Assembly: GCF_046119375.1 (NCBI RefSeq)
Contig: NW_027362762.1
Span: forward strand, 801,660,001 to 801,724,000
Length of the DNA: 64,000 bases
Direction: 5' to 3'
Source: Phyllobates terribilis
Lineage: Eukaryota
A program made the translations under genes and the position numbers. How positions within the stretch are numbered: the stretch's first letter is position 1; each line of letters starts with the position of its first letter. Shown in pieces: positions 25,814-37,306 of this stretch. The notes under the pieces were generated by a model. It worked only from the letters and a program-made list of their open reading frames with translations. It did no database searches and had not been told where the DNA came from.

Positions 25814-26189
25814 TTAAGTAAAAATTATTTTCATTTTGCAGCTGTTCTGAATCTAAAAGTAATGGATCAAGGCAATAAATAAGAGAGACTGATCCAGCTC
25901 ACCCACGTTGAACAAGCCAGCGAATCCTCAACTCCAATGAAAAACCACTCCAGCTTGGTTGTAGCAATAGGAAAATATAGGGATATCCAGCTGTTTTTTG
26001 GATAAAAAAAATTCAAAACAATTTTATTAGTAGAATTCAATAAAAACAGAGCATCCCCTGTACAATATAAATAAAATGTGAGACCTTTTCCAAAATGTTC
26101 TGTTTTTATTAAATTCTACTAAGAATTTTTTTTACATTTTTTATCCAAAAAATGGCTTTTCCAATGGATCAAGGCACCCGCCAAACTGT

Positions 26190-26800
26190 ATATGTTGATT
26201 ATTACCTCTGACATTATAATATTACAAAAGGATCTGGAAAAGATTCTAGCAAGGGCAAACATATGGCACATGAAGTTTAATGTTAATAAATGTAGAGTAA
26301 TGCACCGTGACCGGCGTAATCGTACTGCTGCATATAGATTATATGTAAATATATTAGAGGTTACAGAACAAGAGAAGGACTTGGGTATTCTAGTTACAAG
26401 TAAGCTGAGCAGCAGTACTCAATGTCAGGAAGGAGATGCAAAAGCAAACAAGATTTTAGGGTGTATAAAAGAGAAAATCCTGTTATCCAAATGTATTATT
26501 GCCCCTCTATAAATTCGTTGTAAGACCACATCTTGAATATGGGATCCAATTTGGGCTCCACATTTTAAAAAATATATTTGGAGTAAGTTCAAAGGTAGAA
26601 ACTAAATTATCAAATTATTACAAGATCTCATTTATATGTATAAATACCTATGTGGTCAATACATAATACTGACACATGACTTATCACTTTCCAGGACCTT
26701 ACAAAGGGTATTGGAATATTTGTTACACGTGGAAGAAAGACAATTCTGGCAGCTAAATAGGAAAGGGTTCTTTACAGTTAGAGCAGTCAGAATGGGGAAT
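26190..26800 (+). mobile_element. CR1 LINE 3' fragment (RT C-terminus), interrupted
   Basis: LQKDL...WHMKFNVNKCRVMH...EKDLGILV...KANKILGCIK is the typical CR1 ORF2 end. Confidence 0.9.
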
Positions 26801-26806
26801 GCCGAA

Positions 26807-27977
26807 TGTGAAGGATATTCTAGAATAATCACATGTTTCCTGGTTGTCAGGTCTCCAAGCACAGCATAACTCGACTACCAGCTGTAAGAGAGAAGGGAGG
26901 GGGGCTTCAGTGTGAGTGTGCCTCTGCAGCGTGAGCTGAGCCTCTGCAGCATGAGCTGAGCTGACAGACAAACCCCCTGCTGAGATCCTCTTTGTTCTCA
27001 ACATGTGCTGTTGTGTAAGGTACTTTATTTCTATACCAAGCTGTGGAAGAACTATATGTCCCAGCTCTTCACAAAATGGATTTTCTAGCTCAGGGGAAGA
27101 TAGCAAACACCAGACTGCATCCAAGGAGGAGATATACGTCTTAGCCTTTGGAACCTCCTACAACTGCTGTGTTTGGTACCCACATGTAGCAGGGGCCCGG
27201 CCTGGTCCGTTGACACCAGAATCGGTTCCCTGGGACCATCCAGTAAGGAGGTATGGGCCACGTTAGTTCTGGGAGTCTCTTAGCCAGGAAGGAACAGGGG
27301 GTGGAGACTTGGGCTGAACAGGGAGCAGGTTGTGGGCTTTCCCAGAGAGTTGTAAGGTCTGTGTAGCAAAAGCCTATTGTCTTTTCCCTGGGGAAGCTTG
27401 TGACCTGCAGATGTGCGGGACAAGTCCAGCAACGAAGCAGAGCACACATTCTTCCCCATGTGGTCGCCCAACCCCCGAGCCATGCTTTCCATCTACTGGT
27501 AATTGACTTTAAGATCTGTGATGCTTGATGTACCATGCTTTTGTATTTGTAATTCTGACCACTGTATATGTATAACCTTGTGTATATAGTAGATTGATTG
27601 TTTAGTGAGCCCTTATGGCGATTAAATATATAATTTAAACTTGGGCTGGTCTTTTATCTCGAACCATGAACCTCACGTCTGTTGTTCGGTCAACGATGCG
27701 CTACCGGGCTGGTTTTTAGCCCGATATAAGTCTGTGTATAAAATTGAAACGGGTGGCAGCTCTATCCAGGCTGACAAGGCTCTGCTTCACTGGAGTCGTG
27801 AAAGAGCCTCTCAGCTTGTCAGGAGTGTGGGAGAGTGTGGGACCACGTCAGCGTCTGAGTAGACCACCTTGTCCTACCCCCTGGTGCCTCTCTGTACCCG
27901 CTTGGACAGGAGGTGACGGTGTAGAACTGTGCCAATCTGACCTTACACGTCCTTGAAGGGGGGTGCAGAACGTCACA
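26807..27977 (+). mobile_element. Probable LTR of a Gypsy-type element with a short internal remnant to about 28217
   Basis: TGTGA...TCACA termini followed immediately by a TTGGCG PBS-like sequence. No second LTR and no TSD. Confidence 0.6.
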
Positions 27978-28217
27978 TTGGCGCAAGGGGTAGATCCATA
28001 TCACGTGCTCCGTCTGGCGTAGTGTGACGGCGGGTGGCGGGGTGTGGATCCACCAGAAGAAGCAGCGACAGCGGGATTCTGCGGGGTCCCTCTGGTGTCG
28101 TTTCTTCACATTGGTGGCAGCGGTGGGATTCTGCGGGGTCTCTCTGCTGCCATTTCTTCACATTGGTGAGGCGATGGGATTCTGTGGGGTCTCTCTGCTG
28201 CCATTTCTTCACACCAA

Positions 28218-28394
28218 CCACAAGAGGTAGTAATGGCAGACACTATAGCAGCATTTAAAAAAGGGCTGGATACTTTTTTAACAAAACATGACATTGTGAG
28301 TTATAAATAATCTAGCAATAGAAAATGTATAACTTTGAAGATAGTTTGAACTTTATGGTCCTAGGTCTTTTTTCAACCTATATAACTATGTAAC
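28218..28394 (+). mobile_element. Continuation and 3' end of the CR1 LINE
   Basis: CCACAAGAGGTAGTAATGGCAGACAC resumes the CR1 consensus-like text and ends TTCAACCTATATAACTATGTAAC. Confidence 0.8.
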
Positions 28395-28708
28395 TAAGTA
28401 GAATGTACATTAGGAAAATGCTTGAGATGCAATTCCCTATAATATTATTTTACAAGAAATTTCCTCTTAATTTTTTTCTTTGTAAAGTGCTAGTTATAAG
28501 CCCAATCTCTGCATCTAAAAAGTGCAAAACACTCCTGAAAAACTTGCATGTTTAATCTGTATTCTGTATTTCTTATGGTGCCTAAGGGAAGCCATAATGA
28601 TAAGGCACCTGCTTGGTAACAAGTGCAATTATTTGCCTCTATTATGAAAGCAAATTACCAATAATGAAAGGGTTAATAATTATGCTAAATAAAACAAACA
28701 AAAACAAC

Positions 28709-31071
28709 AAAAATAGTTAAAAGGCTGTAAAGTATTCTCAGCCCAAAAAGAGATTATCATGAAGTGGGGAAGGGGCAATGCTCTAAGCTGACCCCTAAAC
28801 TGTCCCTACTCACAGCGAAGGTTGGCACCCTCTTGAACGCAAATGGTGCCCTCGCTCCTCGTCGGCTCACCCTAAAAGACTCTATAAGTCCCTGATTAGG
28901 TGAGAGACTTTTTCCCCCTTTTTTTTCCCCCCTCTTCTCCCCCCCCCTTTTTCTTTCCTTACCCTCATTAAATATACATAGGTGTTTTCCTTCCCTTACA
29001 ATCCTATATGGATATTTTCCTTTTTGGGACACATAGTGTAAGTCTGGATCCTTATTTGTACTATGGACCGGGTTGACCTAAGATGGTCTAGTACACTGCT
29101 CAATAAAATAAAGGGAACACTCAAATAACACATCCTAGATCTGAATGAATGAAATATTCTCATTGAATACTTTGTTCTGTTTCAAAGTTGAATGTGCTGA
29201 CAACAAAATCACACAAAAATCATCAATGGAAATTTAATTTATTAACCAATGGAGGCCTGGATTTGGAGTCACCCACAAAATGAAAGTGGAAAAACACACT
29301 ACAGGCTGATCCAACTTTGATGTAATATCCTTAAAACATATCAAAATGAGGCTCAGTATTATGTGTGGCCTCCACGTGCCTGTATGACCTCCCTACAATG
29401 CCTGGGCATGCTCCTGATGAGGCTGCGGATGGTCTCCTGTGGGATCTCCTCCCAGACCTGGACTAAAGCATCCGCCAACTCCTGGACAGTCTGACAGACA
29501 CAGCAAACCTTCTTGCCAGAGCTCGCATTGATGTGCCATCCTGGATGAGCTGCACTACCTGAGCAACTTCTGTGGGTTGTAGAGTCTCTCTCATGCTACC
29601 ACGAGTGTGAAAGCACAACCAACATTCAAAAGTGACCAAAACATCAGCCAGAAAGCATTGGTACTGAGATGTGGTCTGTGGTCCCAACCTTCAGAACCAC
29701 TCCTTTATTGAGTGTGTCTTGATGATTGCCAATAATTTCCATCTATTGTATATTCCATTTGCACAACAGCATGTGAAATTGATTGTCAATCAGTGTTGCT
29801 TCCTAAGTGGACAGTTTGATTTCAGAGAAGTTTGATTTACTTGGAGTTATATTCTGTTGTAAGTGTTCCCTTTATTTTTTTGAGCAATGTATAAGTGCCA
29901 TACTCTCATATTCTCCCTATTATACTGCTGAATAGACAGAGGGTAAATATACTTACTCACTTCAATATGTATGGTGAATATAGCTTCATATGGGGCATTT
30001 GAGTACTGGACCCTTTCACTTTATGGAATTAATGTGCCTATCTACATTTTTGATACTTCAGTGCTGCATTGACAGAGTTTTAATGTTTGTTTTGCAATGT
30101 ATTCGTTCCTATACAGAGATTGTGATGGTCCTATATAGGACATCCTATGGGTCTTTATTTAGATTGGTCTGTGCAGACTGGCTGACCCTCGCTCCTGTAT
30201 GGGTGATGTGCATATGCCCTGTCTGCTGTTCAGGATTTGGGAGTTTTTTTTCGGCCGGCGTACCACACGCCTTTGAGGACGCTCCTTGCATGGAGCGCGT
30301 CAGTGGTGACATATGTGTCTGTGCTGCCAATGGCCGGGGGAGACGGGCTGCGGAAGACTCATGCAGTCTGGTTGACACGCATGATGAGCCGATTTAGCAG
30401 GAGAAATGCGCCCGCGTCGAGCGATATATACCTGCATCTGTATTTGAACTTAGTGGTGTAGTTGTGGGGTTGGTCTATTTGCATTTCTGATCTTGTCCCT
30501 ATGAATAGGAGTGTCCAAGGACACCTCCATGCAATATCTCTTGATTTTCTGGCTAACTAGTGAATCTTTTTATGCTTATTGTACTGGAAGATTGGTCTAT
30601 TGTGGATATTGCTATAAAGTGACATCTAATTTCTGGTTTGGTGAGGGATGCAAGAATATTCCCTGCGATCATTTTTGTTACTAATACATATATACTTTTT
30701 CTGTATTTACAGCCAGATTGAGATCATTATACAGTATTATTGTATTTACAACCCGATTGAGATCTATATACAATATTATTGTTTGTCTGATGATTGATAT
30801 CCTCTTGAGCATCTGGGCCATTGGGAATTGAATGGTGATTACCCTCTTTTGTCCATTTACACTGATAATTAACTCCCACCACTCTCACCTAATCAGGGAC
30901 TTATAAGGTCCTTTAGGGTGAACCGACGAGAAGCGGGGTCTCCATTTGCGTTCAAGAGGGTGCCGCTGTGAGGTAGGGACAGTTTAGGGGGCAGCTTAGA
31001 GCATTGCCCCTTCCCCACTTTATGATCTGTTTTTGGGCTGAGAATATTTTACAGCTTTTTTAACTATTTTT
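28709..31071. repeat. Segment bounded by about 200-bp inverted repeats; class uncertain (possibly Penelope-like)
   Basis: 28709-28906 and 30882-31071 are imperfect reverse complements (GGGAAGGGGCAATGCTCTAAGCTG / CAGCTTAGAGCATTGCCCCTTCCC). Confidence 0.7.
29094..29889 (-). mobile_element. Internally deleted Tc1-like element (796 bp) with TA TSD
   Basis: TA-CACTGCTCAATAAAATAAAGGGAACACT...AGTGTTCCCTTTATTTTTTTGAGCAATG-TA. Carries the N-terminal transposase remnant [26 protein letters not shown]. Confidence 0.9.
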
Positions 31072-34000
31072 GGTGTTTTTTTTTTTTTTTGAGGGACAGT
31101 TACATTTGATTTTTAATGATACCAATAAACATAAATTTTAGGTGTATTTTTTCAGTGAAATTGTTTAAATACTATACACTTCCATTATAATATGTGATTT
31201 TGTGGTTAATAATTATGCCTTGCATCAGTAATAGGCCGTTGTAGTAACCATGACAACTGTTATGAGGTCATAAACAAGAGTCATAAAGAAGATTCCCCAT
31301 AAAAGAAGTGCATGCTGCCACAATCAGTGCCATTACTGATGCGTCTGAGGACCTTGAGCTTGTGACCCCCTCACGTAATGTGCTGACCTTGGTGTAATTT
31401 GGAGGTTCTAGCAGGGAAAGGGGTTGTCTGCTTTAGATGCCCCCAGAGCATGGGAAGGTAATAGAGGGGGTCCTTAACACAGGATTTCCTGCTGTCACCC
31501 TTTACACAGAGCAGCTCTCTTTTGGGAGTTCATGGACGGATCTATGACTTTAATGGGTGATAAATTGGGAGGGCAAGGTGGGAGGGGGTATTTATCCTAT
31601 TATGAGTTATCCAAAACGGACAACCACTGTAACCAAGTGTCCAGCTTCTTGAGACTTGGACCTGGATCTGTAAGGGAGGAATGGTTCATCCAGCTGGGCA
31701 ATGAGATTAGCTAAATTCATTCTAGCAGTCAATGTGGTGACAGATATCGCAGCCAGATCTCTCCCACATCCAGTTTATCACATTTATAGTCTATATTTGT
31801 TATGTCATTCTCTGTAAATCTGGTAAAATGTACAAATTGTAAAATTCTGCAGATACATGTGTTATATATTGGCACTAACTCTCTAAGCCCAAGGGAAGGG
31901 CAATCCTCCAGCCATGGTTCCCTAGAGGTTTCCTCCACAGGGGGTTTTCCTCTCCTGAGTGCTGGAGGGTGACTCTTCGTGAGTCGGGGGTTGTGCTATT
32001 TTCGGTGTCATATAAATTTAAATAAAGTTGAGAACGTTTGACACCTAATTGCAATGCTTTGTGTATTTATTTTCCGTGCTTTTTTGTCTGATTCATTTTA
32101 TTTGGGAGTCAGGGTCCATAACATATCACGGAGTCATATGTCTGGACATCTGCATGCTGCAGTTTTGCCCTAGGGGTTGTCCCTGCTCTGGGTTGTATGA
32201 TGGAGCAGAGAAGACAAGAATTACAGCGCAGCACCTGCAAGTGTGTGCTCATCCTCAGAATAAGGACTTATATTACAGTATTATAAGCAACGTCCTCACC
32301 TCATTCACACAGTGAGTATTTTGGGCAGTAATTTACATCAGTATTTGTAAGCTAAAAACCAGAGGGGAAAAAAACAGAGAAAAATAATAACCAAAACACT
32401 TTCACCTCTTCAGTGTTTTGGATCCACTACTGGCGTATGTTAACAAAAACTGATGCAAAATATTGCCATGTAAAAGTACCCTAAATCCTTACTGACTGAT
32501 TTGACAGTGTGAGTTTAGTGAAGCAGCCGAGGTTGCAAGTGTTAAAGGAGTTTTCTGGTTTTAAAAACCCCTGTACCCCTGGTTGCCATTTTAAAAACAA
32601 ACAGACTGTACTTTCCTCACCCTCCCCAGGACAGACTGTGCAGCATATGATCACTTCTAGAACTGCTATCCTCACCTCACTTACAACCAGCTACTGCGTC
32701 TGAGTATGAGACGCACTGATTTAGGCTAAGTTCTGCTGCATATGTGCATGAAAAAAAACATATTACAGCATATTACAGTTCCAGCAAAGTGGATGACATG
32801 TATATTATCAAAAAGGCAAAAAAAGTCAGCTCACCCATAAGATCCACTGCACGGAGACTTGTAATGCGGTGAGAGGTAGGAAGAAGCAAAAAACACTGAT
32901 CCAGCATCAGAATCTTCTATTAAAGCCATACTTTATTATTCAAAAATAGAGAAAGGAAGTCGCAACGTCATCTTTAAAAACCATTAAAAAATGATACGAG
33001 CGCGATTCAGACGGCTGTCTTAATCACTGCATGTTTTTTCTTCTGAAATGTATGTAAATCTCTCGTCCTTGGGCCTTTTTTAACACTAAAGAATTTGGAA
33101 TGCATTGAGTTTTTGAAATCTGCAGCGTCACTTTATCTAGCTGTTAATATTTAATATGTGTTATATTTGCGGGTTTTCCCCATAGCTTTTAATGAGATGC
33201 AGAAAATCAGCATATAAAAATGCATATATGTTTTATTGCATTTCTGCAGCTAAAATGGATGTGATCCACACGACATTATCAATAAAGCTTTATCAAAGCT
33301 CAGCGGACAGGAAGTTTACAAAGCAAAGTAGTGTTATTTGAAACACGATATACAAAAAGAAACAAAAGCGAAAATGAATAAAAAAAAAATTATTAGAAAA
33401 ACATAAAATAAACACTCAAAAATGCAACACCAGAAAACACAAGCAACCTAATGCAGCTAACTTAAGCATAAAAACTCCCCAAATAGTCACTGTGGTAACA
33501 TAGCCTTAGTCAGTGATTCTGCTGATTGGGAGACGGATGATTAGAGACAAGTCTGTTGCTAATGGGAGAGAATTTGTGGTCTGAATTAAAAAATTAAAAA
33601 AAACAACTAAATATTTTGATATACTGTAGCCTCTTGAAGAATACTAGAGAATATAGAGGTGTCCTTCGTCCGTGATTACAAAGAGCATGCCTTGCTCTTG
33701 CCTCCGGACGGCTGCTATGCCCTGCACTAACCGACAATATGACTAGGCGCTGTATAATAAACCCATTCTGTGGTGGTGCTAAAGGACAACTGAACAGTAT
33801 CCCTGATTTCCTGATCTCTGATTTCTGGCAGCAAATGATGATTTTTTTTCCACCTAATTCAAGAGTAGCATAATATGTAGACAGAGACCCTGATTCCAGT
33901 GATGTGTCACTGGGCTGCTTGCTGTAGTTCTTATAAAATTACTGTTTTATCAGTAGATTATCACTAGAGGCCTAGTAAATCTGCTGTCATGAAGTCCTCT

Positions 34001-34750
34001 ATATTCAAGAGCACTGTATAAACCATGCCTCCACCATTGATTGTCTGCTTTCTGCTTATGTACACAGAAAGCAGCCAATCAGTGGTGTGAGCGGGGTTAT
34101 ACACAGCTCAACATTCAGAGAACTGCTAGATCTGCAGCAGATAAAACAGGGATTTTATCTAAACTGCAACAAGCAGCCCAGTAAGTGATATACCACTGGA
34201 ATCGGGGGTTTCTGTCCCTACATCACGCTAATCTCAGATGGAGGAGCAAAAACCTGGTGATAGATTTTCTTTAACCCTTCATGACCTACGTCATGGTTGG
34301 GAAGTGCTTCCCGTCCTTAGACGTACTGGGTACGTCCTGACGATTTTGCTCGCGATTGTCGCCGTGTATTCAGCTGATACGACAGCTGACACCCAGCACT
34401 CACTGCCAGGAGCAGTGCCTGCACCGATCCTGGCAGTTTAGCCCTCTAAATGCTGTGATTGATATCAATTGCAGCATTTAGAAGGCAGGGAGGGGGCCTC
34501 TGTCCTCCGATCGGCATCATCACGGGGAACCCACCGTTACCATGGTTACCTGACGTTGTGGTTACCTGACATCATGATGAGAGCATGGTTTAATAAGTTT
34601 TGTGTGAGAGCAGACTGACAGTTATAATGGAACTCAATGCTAGTGCATTGCAAGGCATTACAACTGCGATCAGACTGCTGAAAGTGAAAGTCCCATAAAG
34701 AGGCTAATTAAAAAAAAAAGTTGTAAAAATCTAAAATATATATATATATA

Positions 34751-35097
34751 CAGTACAGACCAAAAGTTTGGACACACCTTCTCATTTAAAGATTTTTCTG
34801 TATTTTCATGACTATGAAAATTGTACATTCAGACTGAAGGCATCAAAACTATGAATTAACACATGTGGAATTATATACTTAACAAAAAAGTGTGAAACAA
34901 CTGAAAATATGTCTTATATTCTAGGTTCTTCAAAGTAGCCACCTTTTGCTTTGATGACTGCTTTGCACACTCTTGGCATTCTCTTGATGAGCTTCAAGAG
35001 GTAGTCACCGGAAATGGTTTTCACTTCACAGGTGTGCCCTGTCAGGTTTAATAAGTGGGATTTCTTGCTTTATAAATGGGGTTGGGACCATCAGTTG
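34751..35097. mobile_element. Truncated end of the same Tc1 family as 49967-51595
   Basis: TA-CAGTACAGACCAAAAGTTTGGACACACC, nearly identical to the reverse complement of 51250-51595. Confidence 0.92.
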
Positions 35098-35562
35098 CGC
35101 ATGGTCACTCTGTCGACACCATTATAATCTATGGCCCCATCGGCGCGTACGTCCGAATCCCTTTTTATGGGGGGGTTCAGACGCAAGCCTCGACGGGGAC
35201 ACTGAACGGGTGCAAAACGCAATGTGAAAGCAGCCTTAGCAGTGCACAGCTAACTTCATTAGTGCCGTAGAGTTTAATTGGAGCAGCAAGGTGCATGAGG
35301 TCTTGTGACTTGGGGTGAACAGAGGACATAGGGAATTGATGCTAATTTGATAAAAACTGAATACTCTTTGACATTGTTATCCAAAGAAAAGGTGAGAGTC
35401 CCAGGTTAGCAGTGTGCGGCCATCTTCATTAGTTCAGTAGACTTTGAATGGAGCCGCAGGGTGCATGAGGTCTTATTATAATTTGATAAAAACTGAATAT
35501 TCTTTGACAATGTTACTGTAACATTTTCAGAAAAAATGTGTGAGTGAATAAGTGAGGGTCAG

Positions 35563-37165
35563 TGTAACATACCTGGCGGCGTCCTTGCATGGTGGTCCAT
35601 CTCCCACTGTGCAAGAGAGCGCACTTGATCTCCTGTCCAGAATGTCTCTCTGGCTTCCCTCCATGCTGTCTGTTTGTGTCTGTCTCTGCTGCTTAAGGGC
35701 GGCGCCCGATCACTTCCTGCTCTTTGTACCTGCTGTGGGTCACGCCCCTTGTGCGTCCTCAGCCTATTGCTGTCTGACACTTGGTATATAGCTCAGCAGC
35801 TCCCTTCTATCCCTGCCTGAGCATAGTGTTTTCCTTCAGTGTGTGCTTGCACTCTGAAGGTGCCAGGTCCCGTCTTTGTTTCCTTGTCTGCCTTTCCTGG
35901 AGGCTGTATTTCCAGGCCTGTCTGAACTTAGTCCTGTATGTCTCCTGCTTTGCGGTATCAGCTCCCGTGTCTGAACTGTGTCCTGTATGTCTCCTGCTTT
36001 GCGGTATTAGTTCCCGTGTCTGAACTGAGTCCTGTATGTCTCCTGCTTTGCGGTATTAGTTCCCGTGTCTGAACTGAGTCCTGTATGTCTCCTGCTTTGC
36101 GGTATTAGTTCCCGTGTCTGAACTGAGTCCTTTCTGTGTATCTTGTCTGTCCTGTCTGAACACGCTCCTAGCCTGTTCCTCCCGCCTTCTAGGGGCCGAT
36201 TACCTAGACCCGCTCCTGTATTTTGTCTGTCCTGTCTGAACACGCTCCTTGCCTGTTCGTCCCGCCTCTCTGGGGGCAGTATTCCCAGACCCGCTCCTGT
36301 ATCCCGCTGCAGTGTCGGTCCCCTCCGTACACTCAGTTCCAGTCTGAACTCTCTCCTATCCTTTACCTGTTTTTCCTCTATGTCCGTTCCCTTCCTTTTT
36401 CTGCAGAGTCTGAACTCGTACCTAACTCCTGCTTGTTGTCTCTGTACTCCCGTTTGTGAGTTTGTGGTCCCCTCGCTACTTCACTGCAAGTACCCTGTGG
36501 GTATCTGGCTCTGCCTTTCCCTTCCTGTCTGTTCCGTGTGTACAGACTCCTGTCCGTTCTGCTCCGGCAGTCCTGTCCTGCCCTGCTTCTGCCCGCTGCT
36601 CCGGCAGTCCTGTCCTGCCCTGCCTGTACCCCTCTGCCTGTAATGTTCCTGAGTCCCAGTGTGTACTGGGCCCTATCCCGCCTGTGTTCCTACCTGCTAG
36701 TGCCTCCCTGTCTGCACTCTAGCTGTGCTTGCCTGTAACCCTCTGCCTGTATTGTTCCTGAGTCCCGGTGTGTACTGGGTCCTATCCCGCCTGTGTTCCT
36801 ACCTGCTAGTGCCTCCCTGTCTGCACTCTAGCTGTGCTTGCCTTTACCCCCCTGCCTGCATACCCGCCTGCCTGCATACCAGTTGTGCCTGCCTATACCC
36901 ACCAGTCTGTGTGCCAGCCTACCAGCCTGTTCCTGTATTCCCCTGTGTGGGTCAACAGCCGTGTCCGGGGTCTGTCCTGGAGTAGCACCTGGTCCCTCTG
37001 CTCGGTTCCTCCTTGGTGCACTGGCGTCGTATGCCGTCGTGCGACCCTGGTCGGATCGGGTGAATACTTAGTCACGCCCCTCCAGGCATTCACTCTCCGG
37101 CACGGTCCAGTGGAATCACTACCAATCACACGCACACGCCGCTTAGCCCGGGCGTGTGCATAACA
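35563..37165 (+). repeat. 5' LTR (1603 bp)
   Basis: Matches 38983-40536 except for one extra variant 49-bp unit and two substitutions that I could see. Confidence 0.95.
35697..35815 (+). promoter_or_regulatory. LTR U3 promoter: GC box, ETS-like CACTTCCTG, CACGCCCC, TATATAG at 35785; predicted TSS near 35815
   Basis: The motifs are seen directly. The TATA-like box lies 30 nt upstream of the sequence complementary to the PBS. Confidence 0.6.
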
Positions 37166-37167
37166 GC

Positions 37168-37177
37168 ATGCTCAGGC
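37168..37177 (+). other. Self-priming primer-binding site
   Basis: ATGCTCAGGC, 2 nt after the LTR, is complementary to GCCTGAGCAT at 35815-35824. No TGG tRNA-type PBS is present. Confidence 0.75.
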
Positions 37178-37306
37178 CATGGTTCCCGTTGAGCCCCACG
37201 GCCTTCGCTCTTTGAGAAGTTTTTCCAGCGAATATATGCATTAAAATAAATAAATAAATTTTTTTTTCTCTTAGCTGAGTTCCAGGCGAAATTACGCACC
37301 GTCCAG

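Noticed and set aside
32994-33032. Fourth hammerhead-like relic (minus strand GTGATTAA-GAC..GTC-TGAAT-CGCG)
   Set aside because: Too degenerate: the GAAA core and helix I are not recoverable.
35552-37163. Many Cys/Pro/Leu-rich ORFs in both LTRs
   Set aside because: They are a by-product of pyrimidine-rich, A-poor LTR sequence.
37219-37274. 56-nt intron that would fuse ATG 37179 in frame to gag
   Set aside because: The frame works, but the donor GTTTTT is non-consensus and the intron is very short. A one-in-three coincidence is sufficient explanation.
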